A DNA stretch of 63,991 bases, filler included, from Phoronis australis (GCA_002633005.1; 6 parts of 6 records of this genome joined end to end with filler, not necessarily neighbours in it); one strand, 5' to 3'; numbered from the whole stretch's first letter, positions 21,701 to 35,218 are shown. Translations and numbers: made by a program. The notes: generated by a model not told the origin, from the letters alone.

Positions 21701-24700
21701 TAAGTGCATGGAGCGTCTAAGACGCAGTTGGACGTAATCTAGTTTGGTCGTTTATCAATTTATTCGTCACTAAGTCGCTTTTAAACAGTTTAAATTAAGG
21801 ACATTTCCTTCCTGAAATGCAAAGTTTAGACTAGGTTACTCTGCAACACGAATCGTGATAGAAAACGATTTCCAATTGCTATCATTAAGATTATAACCAG
21901 TAAAATTAGACATGGCAAGGTAAAGGGCAACCCTTCCAAAACAAGATCGGTTCATGTCAAACACAAATGACTTTCCTATTTCTAATTATGGCAAAAACCA
22001 ATTCTTTTCAGGACATCAAGAATTTTAAGCCATCTTGTCAGAACCTTTCCATTAACATCAAATTAAGATCGTCGGCTAGGAAGAAATTGCAAACTGCTAA
22101 CAATATGTTCTTTCGACTAGACTCTTGAAATTCCCCAGAGTCAGACTAGACGAATTTTAGCGTAAACGCTGATTGTTAACACTGTACTGGGACTTTGTGT
22201 AATTTTATATTTTAATTTATTAAAACCAACGATGCGCACAAGAATACAAATACAATGCAACAACAACGTTAGTCACAAGTCGATTTCCCTTGATACCGTG
22301 CAAGAATGCTCTAAAACTTGTCATGTGAGAATTACAAATTGTTAATGATAGTGATTTGCATGCCATCGGGCAAATCAGCAAGCTTACGTTTGAATGCACG
22401 TGATTCATGTGGTCATTTGGGCTTCGCTGTCCCTTTTGGGAACAGTGAGAAAGGATACTTATGTTTCGCACGAGGACTCTATGAACCGATTTATCGTCGG
22501 GTGTATTAAGTGCAATTGCAATGCAAGTGTCTGCTTATTATGCGAAATTTTGGAACGTGTACTGTCCAAATATAAAGTGGCAAAACTATATTGATTGAAT
22601 AAATCTTAAATTATTGTAATCTACAAACTTTATGTTCTGAAGCATAGTACGTGAACCGGCACTCAAGTTTAAGTACCATGCAAGTCACGTGGTTACTCAT
22701 GTCTATTACACATGTCTATTACACATGTCTGATTTCTGGTCAATAGAAAGTCACTTTTATGACTGCTTTCATCCTGTAGCTTATTTCCCGATTACATCAG
22801 AAGGCCGCCGGCCGGGCTTATTGGTTTCGTTAGCATTGTTCTCTGGTGTATGAATGCTGGAATGCATTCCAAGAAAGAATTGAAAAAAATCAGTCACGGG
22901 TATCTATCTAATGTGAAGGCGATAATACGTCATGGAGCCCTAGTGATTTTTGCAGAAGAAACGGCAGGCGACACTGGGCTTTGAATTATTTTTTAGATGT
23001 TGAAATTTCACCACCTTAAGCCATTTTCGACCTCCTGACGTTTGTTTCACTGATGACTAAACAACGATTCAAAATTTCATAAAATTTAAACGAATCTTTT
23101 CACAAACTAATGTAAATCGTAAGTAATGCTGTTTCAGTACGACATTATATTTTTCAAGTAAACAAAATTAAGCATTGCATTTCTTATGGTGCACAACCAA
23201 AGTGATCGCCATGGCACAGTTGAAAACTGCGCTGACGGATTTTTTTAAGAAATAACAAAACTTGACAACGAGTGGAGAGCGTCATGGTCCTGTTTTAGTT
23301 AATGGAACTCATTGCTGTTTGCATTCGTGGTAATCGATTTTTTGGGTTTGAGACTCGATTCTAGTTCGGTTTTGAATGACGCGGAGTCATCAACAGTGTT
23401 CGCTATGACACCTTCTGTCACAGCGCCATTTAGAATGTAATTGTCCCACTGTTAAATGATGATGAACGACACACGGATTTCCGTGTGTGTATCAGTGCGC
23501 ATGTCTTGGTTTGAAAGTTTGTCAATTCGGTACGGGAATGAGCCCGAAAAAAATATAGTGAACCATTTTATTGTTTAGTTTGACGTCTTGTAATCTTGCG
23601 TGTGCCAAAAAATAGGAAATCGTGTGGAATGCATCGATTTAGCCTCTTCTTATTGTTGCACACATTTATCTACCAATCGGAATGTTATTTTACAACCAGT
23701 CGGAATATCCGAATGTTACTGGGTTCTGTTAACCAGTGGGAAATCGTATTGCCTTATCAAACCACAGTTATGCCCCTCGTGGCTTACCAAAGAGGATATT
23801 CGCTATAATAGGCAGGTGCGAGTGCGACCTTGGACTCATTGGCCTGATGAAAATGGGAATGGATCCAAACCCGATGTTCTGCTTCCCTAGCGAACGACGG
23901 ATCACACTGCCCAAGGCTATCGGACGAAGATTTGCTCGCAGCCCCGGCGAGGAGACCCCTTTGTCCCGTTTATGTGACTTTAGAAAACAAAACAAAATCG
24001 CAATGCCAGACGGAAGATTTGCCTGTGTCCGAGGAGACTTCCACTCATTTATATAAATTCTCGGTTTTGTTATTAGCGAGATCACAGAATCTAGCTAATT
24101 GTATCGAATTCGATTCCATGGTTTTCTTTAATATCAGCGACAAAACTCGTTGCAACAAAACTCGTTGCAACAAAACAAAGTTAGGTCAAAGGAAAATGTA
24201 CCTCTGAATCTGAACTGAACTCGAGCCACCTAGGATTGATTAAAGGTTGATTATAGCGATCACTTTCAATAAACAGTTTCGAAAAGCCAAGACCAACAGC
24301 TGCATGCAGTGTACACAAAAGTCAATGTTACATCACGTGACATACTTATTTTTGAATGGAAGTCCCTGCGCGCGTTTTTCAACTTTGAGGGTTTTGCTAA
24401 CCCGGCCAAAAGAACACACGATTTTCTAGAGCGTTTCATAACCTGTTGATGGTTTGTATGTTCTCTTTCGCAACAGGAAACAAGCCCTAACAAGGTAAGG
24501 ACATTTTTAAGGGAGATATGTTGTAAGAGCAAAAGTCCTATAATTCAATTTTCGTTTTCAGGTAGCTACTAAAGAGGATGAAATGCTGCTGTGATCAACG
24601 GGTAAGAAGAATACAGGTAATTTTTGGTAGGCATGTCTTAATTGGACTTTCCTTTGAATCGGCCTTGGTAAACCGGCATTTCATTGTACAACGTTGAGAC

Positions 24701-26272
24701 TTGATTGATGACCGGTTTGCATAGACACGAATGACGCCCGTTTGTTTGCGTTAGTCGAGTTGATTTGCATAAGTGATCTTTCTACAAGTTGAAATCTACA
24801 ATGCCGGCTAGTAAAATGCTGTTAATGAAATCTCACGTTACGCATGTAGATGTGTCGTGGCCATTGAGATAGTCGAAGCTGCTTTGCAAAGTCAATGAAA
24901 CTGTCACGGCGCTCCGGTGGGATTCTTTTTCTGAATTCACAATCCCGATTTGTTTAGTTACATAAAGCTCTTTAAAAATTATTGATGCGCAAAATATGCG
25001 GAAATTAAAAACATTATAGCCAGAAACATTGTAGTTAGTTTGCCTCTACCCTATTCCCTTGAATCTGTTTGTCCAATATGATTCAGTGGCGAAGACGATG
25101 CTCCATCTTATAATTACCTGGGGGTGGGGGGTGGGGGGTGGGGGAGGCTATCCTCATCAGATATCAGTCATAGTGAATTCCATAAGTAAGTACTGGTCAC
25201 TGCTGTGGCGCGTTCACCTCACCTTCTTTTCAATTATAAAAACTTCACAGCACGAATTTTAAGGCAGTTTAGTTTGTAATCAAAACTTGTTCCCAAATGA
25301 TATTGTTTCAACATTAATTTTTTTCTGCTAACCATTTCACACGTAGTAATAAATACTTAATGTATTGATCATGTCCTTGCGCTTGTCGGAAGGAAATTTT
25401 TATTTTGCCGACACCCAGGAAACAATCAAGTAAGCTTCTGTTTGGCCCCCAATCGTCCTGACTTCCGCATACGATTGTTCTGTGGTATATACGCATGTGT
25501 GAACACAAAACAGCGCATGCTCAGTCAGATGTTCCTGATGTTTAGTCGGAAGCAAAATTTCTTTGTTAAAATGTTAAAATAACCGCATTAATAAAGAAAT
25601 CCAGTACAAAACGTCACCAAGTGAGCACAAACAAACATCGAAGTGTTCGAATGTTTAGGTCGCTCAGTGCATAGCAAACTGTACGTGAGGTTACCAAAGC
25701 TGCAGGTGATTACGGTTATTTAAAAGAATATCATCGTTTCTTCTGCCGAATGACGCAATTTTGCGATCATTGTTAAAAGAGACAGTCTTCTTGAAGTTAT
25801 ATAACAACAAAATCCTTTTCGTTTTTTATGGTTTCATTACAAATTGCCTTCCTTATTACATGTACCAGACAATCGCTGAAATCGAAGCCGGTGACTTTGC
25901 TCTTTTAAACTCTTAAAAGGATACCAAACCCGGTTTTGGCTTGTTAACAGATGTTAAATCGACTTTCCAATCCAATTCTATGAAACAAAATGTTGCTCTG
26001 TAACCCTCAACAATCCTCAAAAGTTTGGATGAAAATTTGAAAATTGGCAAACGTGACCTACGATTTTACTGAATTACAAGGCAACTGTGGGAAAGACTAC
26101 CCAGAAAGAACTATGGTATTCAATCCACAGGGAGTATTCAGTTTTTTGTTGATTCCTGGTTTTGTCTTTCAAGATTGGCGCTAATGATGCATTAGCAGAT
26201 GATACAGCGAGGTTTGATTGAACTTATTAAAACAGGATTTAGTATCCATTTAAGTTAGTCTGGTAACACGTG

Positions 26273-26340
26273 GGATTTCGTTCTGCGGTAGAGCGTCTGG
26301 CTGCTACTGCGGAGTGTGTGGGTTCGATTCCGTGCTCCAT
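26273..26340 (+). pseudogene. Degenerate tRNA-like sequence (tRNA pseudogene or SINE head)
   Basis: D-arm-like GTTCTGCGGTAGAGC and B-box GGTTCGATTCC at tRNA spacing; acceptor, anticodon and T stems pair poorly. Confidence 0.55.
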
Positions 26341-28270
26341 CTAATTTCTAAAGAGATGCTTTTCTTGCCTAGAATGCCCCTTTAAAGGTTTTGATAGTCA
26401 TTGTGACGAAAGACTCGTGACATTAACAAGTTTCTATTACAAGTCGGGAAAACTGTTTAAGCTAGAAAATCGAATCGGGGTTGCGTTCCGCAGACGCGAC
26501 ACTCAGAAAAAAAAAACAGATCAAGTAACACCACACAAGATCACTCTAGTTAAAGGGATACTTCTCTAGTACTTTTGGGAACTTTCTACCGTGAACTAGA
26601 ACAATGGCAATCATTAAAGTGATTGGTTGGCGAAGCTGAAATGTTGATAAAAATTGTTTCCGTTACAAAAGAGACTATTTCTCACCGCTTGTTTCTCGCG
26701 GGTGTTTTGCTTTTACGGAATTCAGACCATGTAAATTACTGAAATCAAGCTTTTAGCCTTTTTGGAAAGGTAAAACCGCAGCCATGCAGAACCTCACTCG
26801 ACTTCCGAGCATAGTCGACTCTTGGCAACGCAATGTCGTATGTTGGTGAGACTAATTAATCAATTCAGACTAATTAATTAAACATGAATTCTTCATGTTG
26901 AATTATCTTCCGCCCACATTTATTAATTTCCACTGAAGTTCACCCATGAGTTTTGAATGAGGATTCTCTCCGTTGATGTCGTGAGTGAACGTACACCACA
27001 GCGTGTGGGCATCTATCGTAAATTGAGATTCAAGGTTGAAAGACTACTGCATTCATATATTCAAATAAAGACTTACTTAGGCAGTCTACCTAATCAACAC
27101 TTATAGTCATTATTTAACCGCGTTTCATGGAAACTATGAGGGCGATGCACTGCACAAACACCTGAACGGCGATTGAAGTTCACTGAAATCGGAAGCCGGT
27201 ATCTGTATTTTGCCAGGCGTCCGTTTAGCAGACGCAGTTCACTAGGCCCTACTTGTACATATTGGCCATTCTGCTTGAAAACGAGGTGCTGTGTCCAAAC
27301 TACAAATTGTTCTGTTTGCTTGGAACACGCGCGCTGTCTTGTTTGAGTTGTTAAAATTGACGCTAAAACGAGGCATTTTGTCTTTAACAACAGTGCACTG
27401 CTGTGCGTGAATCTTGCTTACTGTCAAGATCGCGTATGCGTGAACTCGGAATACACGGGGAAACTTCAAACAAATAATCATGTTCACGTTGATAAAAATT
27501 TGAAGTGAACTAAATCGAATTAGATTTTTATAAAATGATACAAATTTTAACCAATGTGTTTTAAACTATTGGCAATTTTATTCACTAAACAATAATTCAA
27601 CCATTAACATATTCCTCTGATTCGTTGACGCAACTTACGGTAAAGGGGAAATGGATGGCCATGAGGCCAATAATTACAAAAAAATTACACTGAACAAAAA
27701 TATCATCTGATTGCCCAAATGAATATTTAATTCCAGGTTCACGCATGCACGTACGTGACCTTGAGATTAATCAGAATTCCAAGTTCACGCACAGCAGCAC
27801 TGGAAACAATAATTTTTGCAGCGCCACCGAAATGTGCAACTAGTGAATACACTGACGAAGACGCAGTCATGCAGATCTTCACGAGACATAGCTATGCGTT
27901 AGAAGCGAAAACATGTGACCAAATTTTACTTAGCTTTACCCACAAGATTCTTGCGTCTAGGGAAATTTGCCCAGGTGTATCGGACGCGAATCCAAGATCT
28001 TGACTCTGAGAGCTCTAGCAATGTACAGATATAGGGTGACATTGAAAATATTAAAGTGACCAAGCGGGGTACCGGAAAACTGGAACTCCCTGTGGTGGTT
28101 AAAAAATCCAAGATTCTCAAAAATTACTTAAAAATTCTAATTAGTTTTGGATAGAACAGGAATTCGTGAGGTCTCCATTGCAAAATCAAGATTTAAACAA
28201 CACCTAGTAGCTTGTTTATTAACTTTCGCGGTCTACTGTCGTCTCTGATTTATGCGGATTCATTCGGCGC

Positions 28271-28640
28271 TACCTCGCATTACTCAGGTGGCACTGAATA
28301 GTAATGCTGCGGCCGCGGCCGCGGCCAATTTGCACTCCCAAAATATCAAAATTTTGGGGTAGGCCAAGTTTGGGGGCATTTTGTAGGTGGGGATTGCATG
28401 TAGGCTCAATGAATGTGGTTTGTTTGTACTTGTGAACATGCTGAGAATGAAAAAAGGCCACTTTCTCGGCTGTAGCTGCACTCTTCTTCAAGATGGTGGC
28501 CCCCTGTTGCAATTGTGCATTGCTGTGTAGCAACTGAGAAATTGGCCGCGATTTCAGGTAGCCCTCAAACAAGCCAGATTTGCAAAAAAAAAAAAAAAAA
28601 CTAGTTGGTTGACAGTACTTTTGTACCACATTTTTGGAAT
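28271..28640 (+). mobile_element. 5' end of a second HINE-like element
   Basis: Hairpin GCATTACT (28277-28284) ... AGTAATGC (28300-28307) followed by (GCGGCC)x3, the same hairpin-then-microsatellite layout as the main HINE-like family. Confidence 0.4.
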
Positions 28641-29439
28641 ATGTAGGAAATTTTCTTTCGCAATCTAATGTTGGCTTTAGTCGAGCATCGGCAGGGAAGT
28701 GGTGATTTCAGGGTGAAAAGTGCCGATTTTGCATTTTTTGCCCTTATTTTTCTTAGTTCAGCTTGGTTTCCACTGGGAATGAAAGGGTCAAAAATACAAG
28801 AGAGTACAAAGTTCCTGTGCTCATCTATAGTGCTTGTGATGTGAAATGACTTAAAACTTTTCTTTATTTGCATGCAGCTTTTGACAGACTAAAGAAAGGG
28901 TGAAGAGTCCATTGACGTGTGTCCTGATAGGCAAATCCCTATGAGAACTGTTCAGTGCCTCCTCAACGGATAACTATGGATGCTTGTTACCTGTTGGGAT
29001 TACAATAGGCACTGACCACAACTCCTGGACTTCTACACGTATGACTGGCTCCTTTTGTTTGGGGGGTTAGGGAACAGATAGGTGTCAGTGTTTCCGATGC
29101 CTGTTCGTCACTGGCAACATTCTTTCCCAACCATTTTAAAAACCACGGACTATTCAATCTAAATCTGTCATTAAAATTTGAAAATTGCCATCGTTTGAAC
29201 GACAGAATTCGTTTAAATACAGCAGTAGAAAATTGAAATATTGCGCATTGGAGCTGTCCCAATCGCTATTGTGTAACCTGCCTGAGAAACACAATGGCTA
29301 CTTGACTCCTGTACACCTCCTCTTATATTAGAGTGACCTTGTTACCTCCTAAGAAAGTGATGAAATTTGAATGGGGGGAGCGCGTCATGTTCCTCTCACT
29401 GTGTCTAATGAAATAATTGACCTAGCGCCAAAATTTTGT

Positions 29440-29520
29440 CTGACGGCTTAACTGACCAATCAGAACTCAGCATTCTTGACACACTTTCGTCTGCGTTTCC
29501 AAGCCGCCATTTTACCCAAC
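29440..29520 (+). repeat. Dispersed repeat fragment, also at about 56490-56565
   Basis: TGACGGCTTAACTGACCAAT...CAGCATT(C/T)TTGACACAC...CGCCATTTTACCC is shared between two different scaffolds. Confidence 0.7.
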
Positions 29521-29586
29521 AATTAAACAACATGTTGTCGACTAAAGCTTATTTTAGTCTATAACTCATCAAATTGTGTAATACGA

Positions 29587-29670
29587 ATAGTGAAACGGTG
29601 TTGCTATGGTGTGTGTAATTCCAACAACCGTTAATCAGCTCGAGAAGAATATCCCGTTACTTTTTCGGCA
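29587..29670 (+). pseudogene. THAP-domain N-terminal fragment of a decayed transposase (ISL2EU/Harbinger-related type)
   Basis: Reads (I)VKRCCYGVCNSNNR*SAREEYPVTF, resembling the MVKRCxxGxCxSDSRY THAP variant; start ATG appears decayed to ATA and the Tyr codon to TAA. Confidence 0.6.
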
Positions 29671-30719
29671 TATCGATAGATGTAAACAACTGTGTCAACT
29701 CAGTGTGTACGTTGAAGGCCACACGACAGCAGCGGAATTTGGTAATGTTGCTTGATTGCTCAAAAGTGAAACCCAAACACAATTGTTCCAAGATACGGTT
29801 ATATTGCCGGCCTATCGGATTTTGACTCCGGAGTTTCACTCGTCTGGCCACCTTTGTCTCGGCACCTGCTGAATTCCAGCTCTAGTCCTACCAGTAGTCC
29901 CACTAAATTAATGTTTTTTATTATTTTTCATGTATCTTATCCGGATGGACATCGTTTTATTTCGTAACAAAAGTGAGGTACATTTCTTGTTATTCATATA
30001 CCCATAAGCTGGTGTTCATCTGAACTTCCCTCCAAATTTGACAGATTCGATGGGCACTGGATTACTGAACCCTAAGCCTTGTTCGAGCTGCTGCCACAAA
30101 AAATAAACAGTTGAATTACATTTTGTTGAGAACCTCTAGTTTACACTTCGCCTGTATAGTTAGGGAAAGCTCATTTTCTAGTTGTTCAAACATGATTCTT
30201 GGATTTATGAAGCTTTAAAAAAGAATTTGAATTATTTTTGTTCTTAAAATAGCCATTTTTTGCTATTACAACAGACTTGTCATCTTATCTCTTGTAACCA
30301 TACTACAGGTTAGTGATCATGCTACGTTTAAAACAAACTGAAACCTACCTTTATGCAATGAAAATAAAAAAATGTGAAGCTTTTAAGATGGTAAACTTAA
30401 CTTAAATGTCTTAATAGTGAAATTACGGCCAATTCCATGCATTAATTTGACTTGGGCACAGCCTTAGACCTACCGGAGCTAACTGCTTGTCTAGGACAAG
30501 ATGACCTGGGTTTTTTAAACAAAATATTTCGCTCGAAGATTAAAAAAGCATAAACAGTGCTATCGACTCGACCTACTTTAGTCGGGGAATCCGTCTGGTG
30601 ACCTACTTTTCATTTGGCGATATTTAGTAGACGGCAGAATAAAAAATATCGGTGAATCTTCACTGATTTTGTCAAAATATCCTGAAATCTATGGCATCGT
30701 ACGACTTAAGGTTACATAC

Positions 30720-31009
30720 GTAGCTTTACATGAACATGTCCCATCAGTTGCCTTGTCATTTGTCAGGTGAACATGAACCATGTGGGTTCTTGATCTTCGG
30801 ATTTTCGCTGGCTTCGAAATACCTTTCATCGAACACTTATTTTTTCATCGTCGCAATTACAAATTCTCACATCATGAACCTAGGATTCTCAGCTGACAGG
30901 AAAGCATCGCGTGTTGTCTGTGTCGAAGCGTTTTTGAATATTCCAAAAGCACTCATCGATTGCCTCAGTAACGATTTAGCGACAGTGTAGGCCTATTTGT
31001 CTCCGACAT
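30720..31009 (-). pseudogene. SWIM-like zinc-finger fragment of a decayed YqaJ-exonuclease-type transposon accessory gene
   Basis: ATG at 31009. Downstream, after frameshifts and stops, the strand reads KGISKPAKIRRSRTHMVHVHLTNDKATDGTCSCKA followed by a GTATGT donor-like site, resembling the region leading into the SWIM CxCxAG motif. Confidence 0.5.
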
Positions 31010-32121
31010 CTTGTTTGTTTGTCGGGTGCCCCGTCACTTTTTGAACGATTTTTTTGAAAACAGATTTTTTATAAATCTATATTACAATGTGCATGCTGGC
31101 TGTAAAAAATGAAGAAATTTCGTAAAACCCATATGCATTCAATACAGCTCGATACATGTGAACGGTTTGGAATATAGCCTTCCATTTTATTTTGATATAC
31201 AATACCAGTGTCCCTGTGTGCGTGTCAAGCAGTAGATGGTCATTTTGTACAGGTGATAGTTAATGATATCTGAGTCTCAAGAGAACGAGTTTTTTGTCCG
31301 AACCCTGGGAAATTAAGGCGTATATACCAAGATCCATTACGAACACTGATTTTGTCCTTGCAGTGGTTTGCCGCCTCAAGCCATGCAGGTGCACACACGC
31401 ACGAACGGACGTACACACGCACACACTCACGCAATATATGCATACACTTACATTATCCATAATGCCTTGGTTGAGCTGAGGCATTACCAACTTCCAAGCC
31501 CAAGGCAGTCTCTCATTGACTCGTTTGGAAGTGCTATGGCGTCAGCATGTTCATTTTTGATTGATTCATTTCGCAGAAACTAGTGAAGTTCCAAAAACAA
31601 GTTCACAACTCGCTCGGCGACCCGGTGAGTTCCGGGAATTTCCAAAAATCGGCCCATTGGCGGATATTCGGAAGACCTTCCAGAAACGTCAAATGAAACC
31701 GAATATGCATCCTGGTGTGTTTTTGGAAAAGGGGGGTGGCGCGTATTTTCAGAAACTGTCATTAAAACTGTCCTTATGCTATTTTTGACAAATTTTCCGA
31801 AAATACACCCATGGGCGTATTTTTGCTTGGGCATATTTTCGGAAATCTGTGCATTACGTCATCGCATAGTCTGTGGAAACTGCGGCATTCAGTCTCAACG
31901 TTGTCTTTTAGTCATTTTATTTAAAATCAAGATAAATGGGCACTTTTTGTGTGTTTTAAACTGAAATATCATTGAAATGTACCTGATATGCTGATAGTGG
32001 CATCCACACCAGATAATCCTGGTGGTGGCGTTGTCATTTGCCGCACTACCCTGATTACTCATGTGACTAGGGCGCTGCGAAGGTTTTTTGCTTGCGTTCA
32101 CATCACATACCTGGCCATTAA

Positions 32122-32777
32122 AGAGGCCTGGAACGCAAAAAGACAAGTTAATTGGCGGTTTTCTGCCACTGAAACAAAATTCAACCTGTTAACCATGTAG
32201 TTTTACGGTTTGTTCGTAAAATTTTTGAATTTCTGCTTATATCAAAGCATTTCTCAAGTTAGTTTCAAAAAAAAAACGATCTGTCAACTGCTCTCCACTT
32301 AGTCGATTTTTACCACAAGGCAAAGCATGTCCCCTTATTTGAAATGGCAAGACAAAGACGAAGCACAATTCCCTTATATGGAAAGTGTGACCTTTGACCT
32401 TTGATAAAACAAAACAATGGCGACTTAAAGGCAACAGCAAGTCCGATTAAAAGAAAATTGATGCCAGTTCTAACTGTTTAAAGTTAGTTATAAAAGTATC
32501 GTAGTATTCAAATATATTCTAAAATGCACTTGGAATTCCTTTTTTTTTGGAAAATTGCTTGTGCTGTCGACCTGCAGATTCGGAGTGCAATCGGATATGA
32601 TAATCTGCCGTTAATATCCAACTTATCAGTCAGTTGTTTGTCGAATGACAGTGAGCGCATGCGCTCCTTTATCATAAGTGGGAGGGAGATTAGAAATTCT
32701 GTGTTGACAACATGATTTTTTCTTCGCGCGTATTTCAGATAATGTGAATTTTGTGAGCTTTTGCGTTCCATGCCTCT
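32122..32777. mobile_element. Non-autonomous Kolobok-type element, complete, TTAA TSD
   Basis: TTAA|AGAGGCCTGGAACGCAAAA ... TTTTGCGTTCCATGCCTCT|TTAA (19-bp TIR, 1 mismatch) with AG...CT termini. Second copy in opposite orientation at 54132-54666. Confidence 0.85.
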
Positions 32778-33084
32778 TTAAGGAGACATGGAAGATCTGT
32801 GTTTAATGAACTTTCTCTGAAAAATGAGTGCTTGTCAACCACATATTCTTAATCAAATACCTAATGATGATGTCAGTTTGGTCTTCAATAACAGTATTAT
32901 AGGGATAGTTCCAACTCCCACCACCATGCTACGCTCATAAATTCAGAAGTATGCTTCAATTTTGCATTTCAGTTGAAAGATTTTATGATTTAATGCAATC
33001 CATTGAAATATTCTTTGCACTATTACTGCTTATATGCATGTAATTTGAATGATTTTCATGTGTTTCTATTCCATGCCCATGGCC

Positions 33085-33204
33085 ATGCCCCCCTAAAATT
33101 CTCTTAGATTACATTTGGCAGTTCGGGGGTGCGAATATCCGACGGGCCAAATCCTGGCTAATACTCTGCTCTGGCCCCCCTAACTCGAAATCCTGGATCC
33201 GCCA
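33085..33204 (-). mobile_element. Fragment of CAG(G/T)GGCGGATC-type MITE, cut by scaffold end
   Basis: The reverse complement TGGCGGATCCAGGATTTCGAGTTAGGGGGG... matches 40380-40415, and AATTTTAGGGGGGCA matches near 40640. Confidence 0.7.
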
Positions 33205-33304
33205 NNNNNNNNNNNNNNNNNNNNNNNNNNNNNNNNNNNNNNNNNNNNTTAATTAATTAANNNNNNNNNNNNNNNNNNNNNNNNNNNNNNNNNNNNNNNN
33301 NNNN
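33205..33304. other. Artificial scaffold linker
   Basis: 44 N + TTAATTAATTAA (33249-33260) + 44 N. Confidence 0.97.
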
Positions 33305-33673
33305 TGGCCCGAAACTTTCTTCGGCGAATCCGGGAATTTACAAAAGTGGCCGAAAGTGTTAGCCAATGAAACGCGTCAAAGATCGATTCTGCATATCCCA
33401 TGTTCACGCGACTTGCTTACAAGTCATCGAGAGGGCTGTTCTCGGTTAGTGTTCTTTTGAACTTGTATTTGGCAACAACCAAATAACGGTCGGTTTAACA
33501 AGAGCTGCTTTGTATTTGCCAGGTATCTGATGAGAAGTGTAAAAACTCAGCTCGCATTCGTTGGAAATTCCAGGTCGCATTTTGCGACTTTATATGAGCT
33601 GACAAAAATCTCAGCTCGCATTTCCAAATTTCAGGTCGCAAATGCGACCTGCAGCTCGTTATGTCGAGCCCTG
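33305..33673. mobile_element. Right end of a hAT-like non-autonomous element (ends TCGAGCCCTG)
   Basis: CAGGGCTCGA-type TIR on the minus strand preceded by duplicated CTCAGCTCGCATT...CAGGTCGCA..TGCGAC subterminal motifs; the left end lies beyond the scaffold start. Confidence 0.55.
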
Positions 33674-35218
33674 GCGGGTTTCTCTCACAAAATGTGTCGA
33701 TTTTAAAACGCATGTTTGCATTTCACCCTGTATCGGGCCACTGTTGCATGGTATATTGTGTAGTCTGAATGGCCATTAGTGATGAGGCCTTCTTCCAACT
33801 TGTGATTGTCGCGAACCCTTTAATTACAGTATACGCGTGTTTCTTTCTGTTCCCTATCAAATTTTATCAAAACGTATATGCTGAAAGTATCAGTATGTTG
33901 GAACTATTTCAATACTATTAGAATACTATTACAATACTATTACAATTGTGATTTCTATGCATGGAAAGAACTGCAAGTTCGGTAAATACAAAAGTCCAGA
34001 TTGATCATGGCTGTTGTTATGGTCTCTACACGTGAACTGTCAGCTATTCTTTCTATAAGCCCTGTAGTCACCTCTCATCTGAGTATGGTCTCTATAAGCA
34101 AGAGAGTTTCTTTAAAGGGACTTGAGTTGAAAGAAACCACATTTATTTTCCACAAACAAACAAAAAGTACAATACCCTTCCTTTATTTTTCCTCTCTTCT
34201 ATGTTATCTTTTGTCAGTGTTTAATTTATGTATTCATGAAATAAGGTCATAAATAACTTGCCCTCTTTGACTTCTTGTCTAATTAAATGGCCAGTCCAGC
34301 CGGTGAAGGTAAGATGACCTAAGACGGGTCGTACTGTCTTCGGGTTACATATCATTTGTACAAACAAAAATTAGTCGAGTATCCTTTCTCCAATGTTCTT
34401 ACCATTTTTGTTCTCTTCTGATGTATGAGGGTGTTGATGATCTCTATTTTCGTTCTTTTCTTCCATTTTCTTGATGTGGTTCATGCTTGTATGACGTAAA
34501 GTTCTCACTATATTGTTCACAGAAGACTAAGCCAACTTTTTCCCGCCACCAACTCTATTCACAGCTTATGGCCTCCGTCAATGGGAGATCCATTCTTCCA
34601 GTGATATGAATAAAAGGGCTTACACTGACTAACATTGATTGTGTAAACTACCTGTTCATGTTCTTCACAAAATGAATTGCTGAGTGGGACTTCATAATCA
34701 TCCTTGTCGCCTGCAATTTTTTTTACCTTTGCCTTTGTATCTTTGGAGTTTTCAGACCGATTTTCATGAAATTTGGCCAAAAGCTTTGAGAGGCTATGAC
34801 ACCTTCTCGTTTTCCGATGGGTTCAATGTATTCTGAGCCATCTAATGACCATTTTTATGGTACTAATTTAAAACCCCTAAATGCAGTGCTGTCGTGAGTG
34901 CATTTCAGTGCTCCGTGCTTGTTTATTGAACTATGAGTAATGAGTATATACCGGATACATGATGTATTCGCAAAAAAATAATAAAATGACCTACTCAACT
35001 GCATGTATGTGTCTCTGTCGATGAAACAGTATAAAATCACTTTCTTCACATTTTTAACGAATAGATCAGTTAGCTAGCCAGCAGTTTTCTATTTGGTGCG
35101 GTGTCAAATTGTAGTAAGCTAGGAAAGTAACATTTACAAAAATTGCAAAATTTATATGAAGTTAAGTCATGCAAAGTTTCGAAAACACTTGCTTAAAATT
35201 GTACAATTTACAATTTTT

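Noticed and set aside
23768-24085. LRPIALGSVIRRSLGK resembling the RPIAxGxxxRR motif of CRE/R2-type reverse transcriptases
   Set aside because: Single motif; the expected downstream RT motifs could not be found at the right spacing. A translated search would settle it.
26273-26340. Functional tRNA gene
   Set aside because: Acceptor, anticodon and T stems do not pair properly; kept only as a tRNA-derived relic.
17773-33945. Tiny tandem duplications (12 bp near 17773, 13 bp near 22698, 15 bp near 24139, 11 bp near 33911)
   Set aside because: Two to three copies each; ordinary slippage products.
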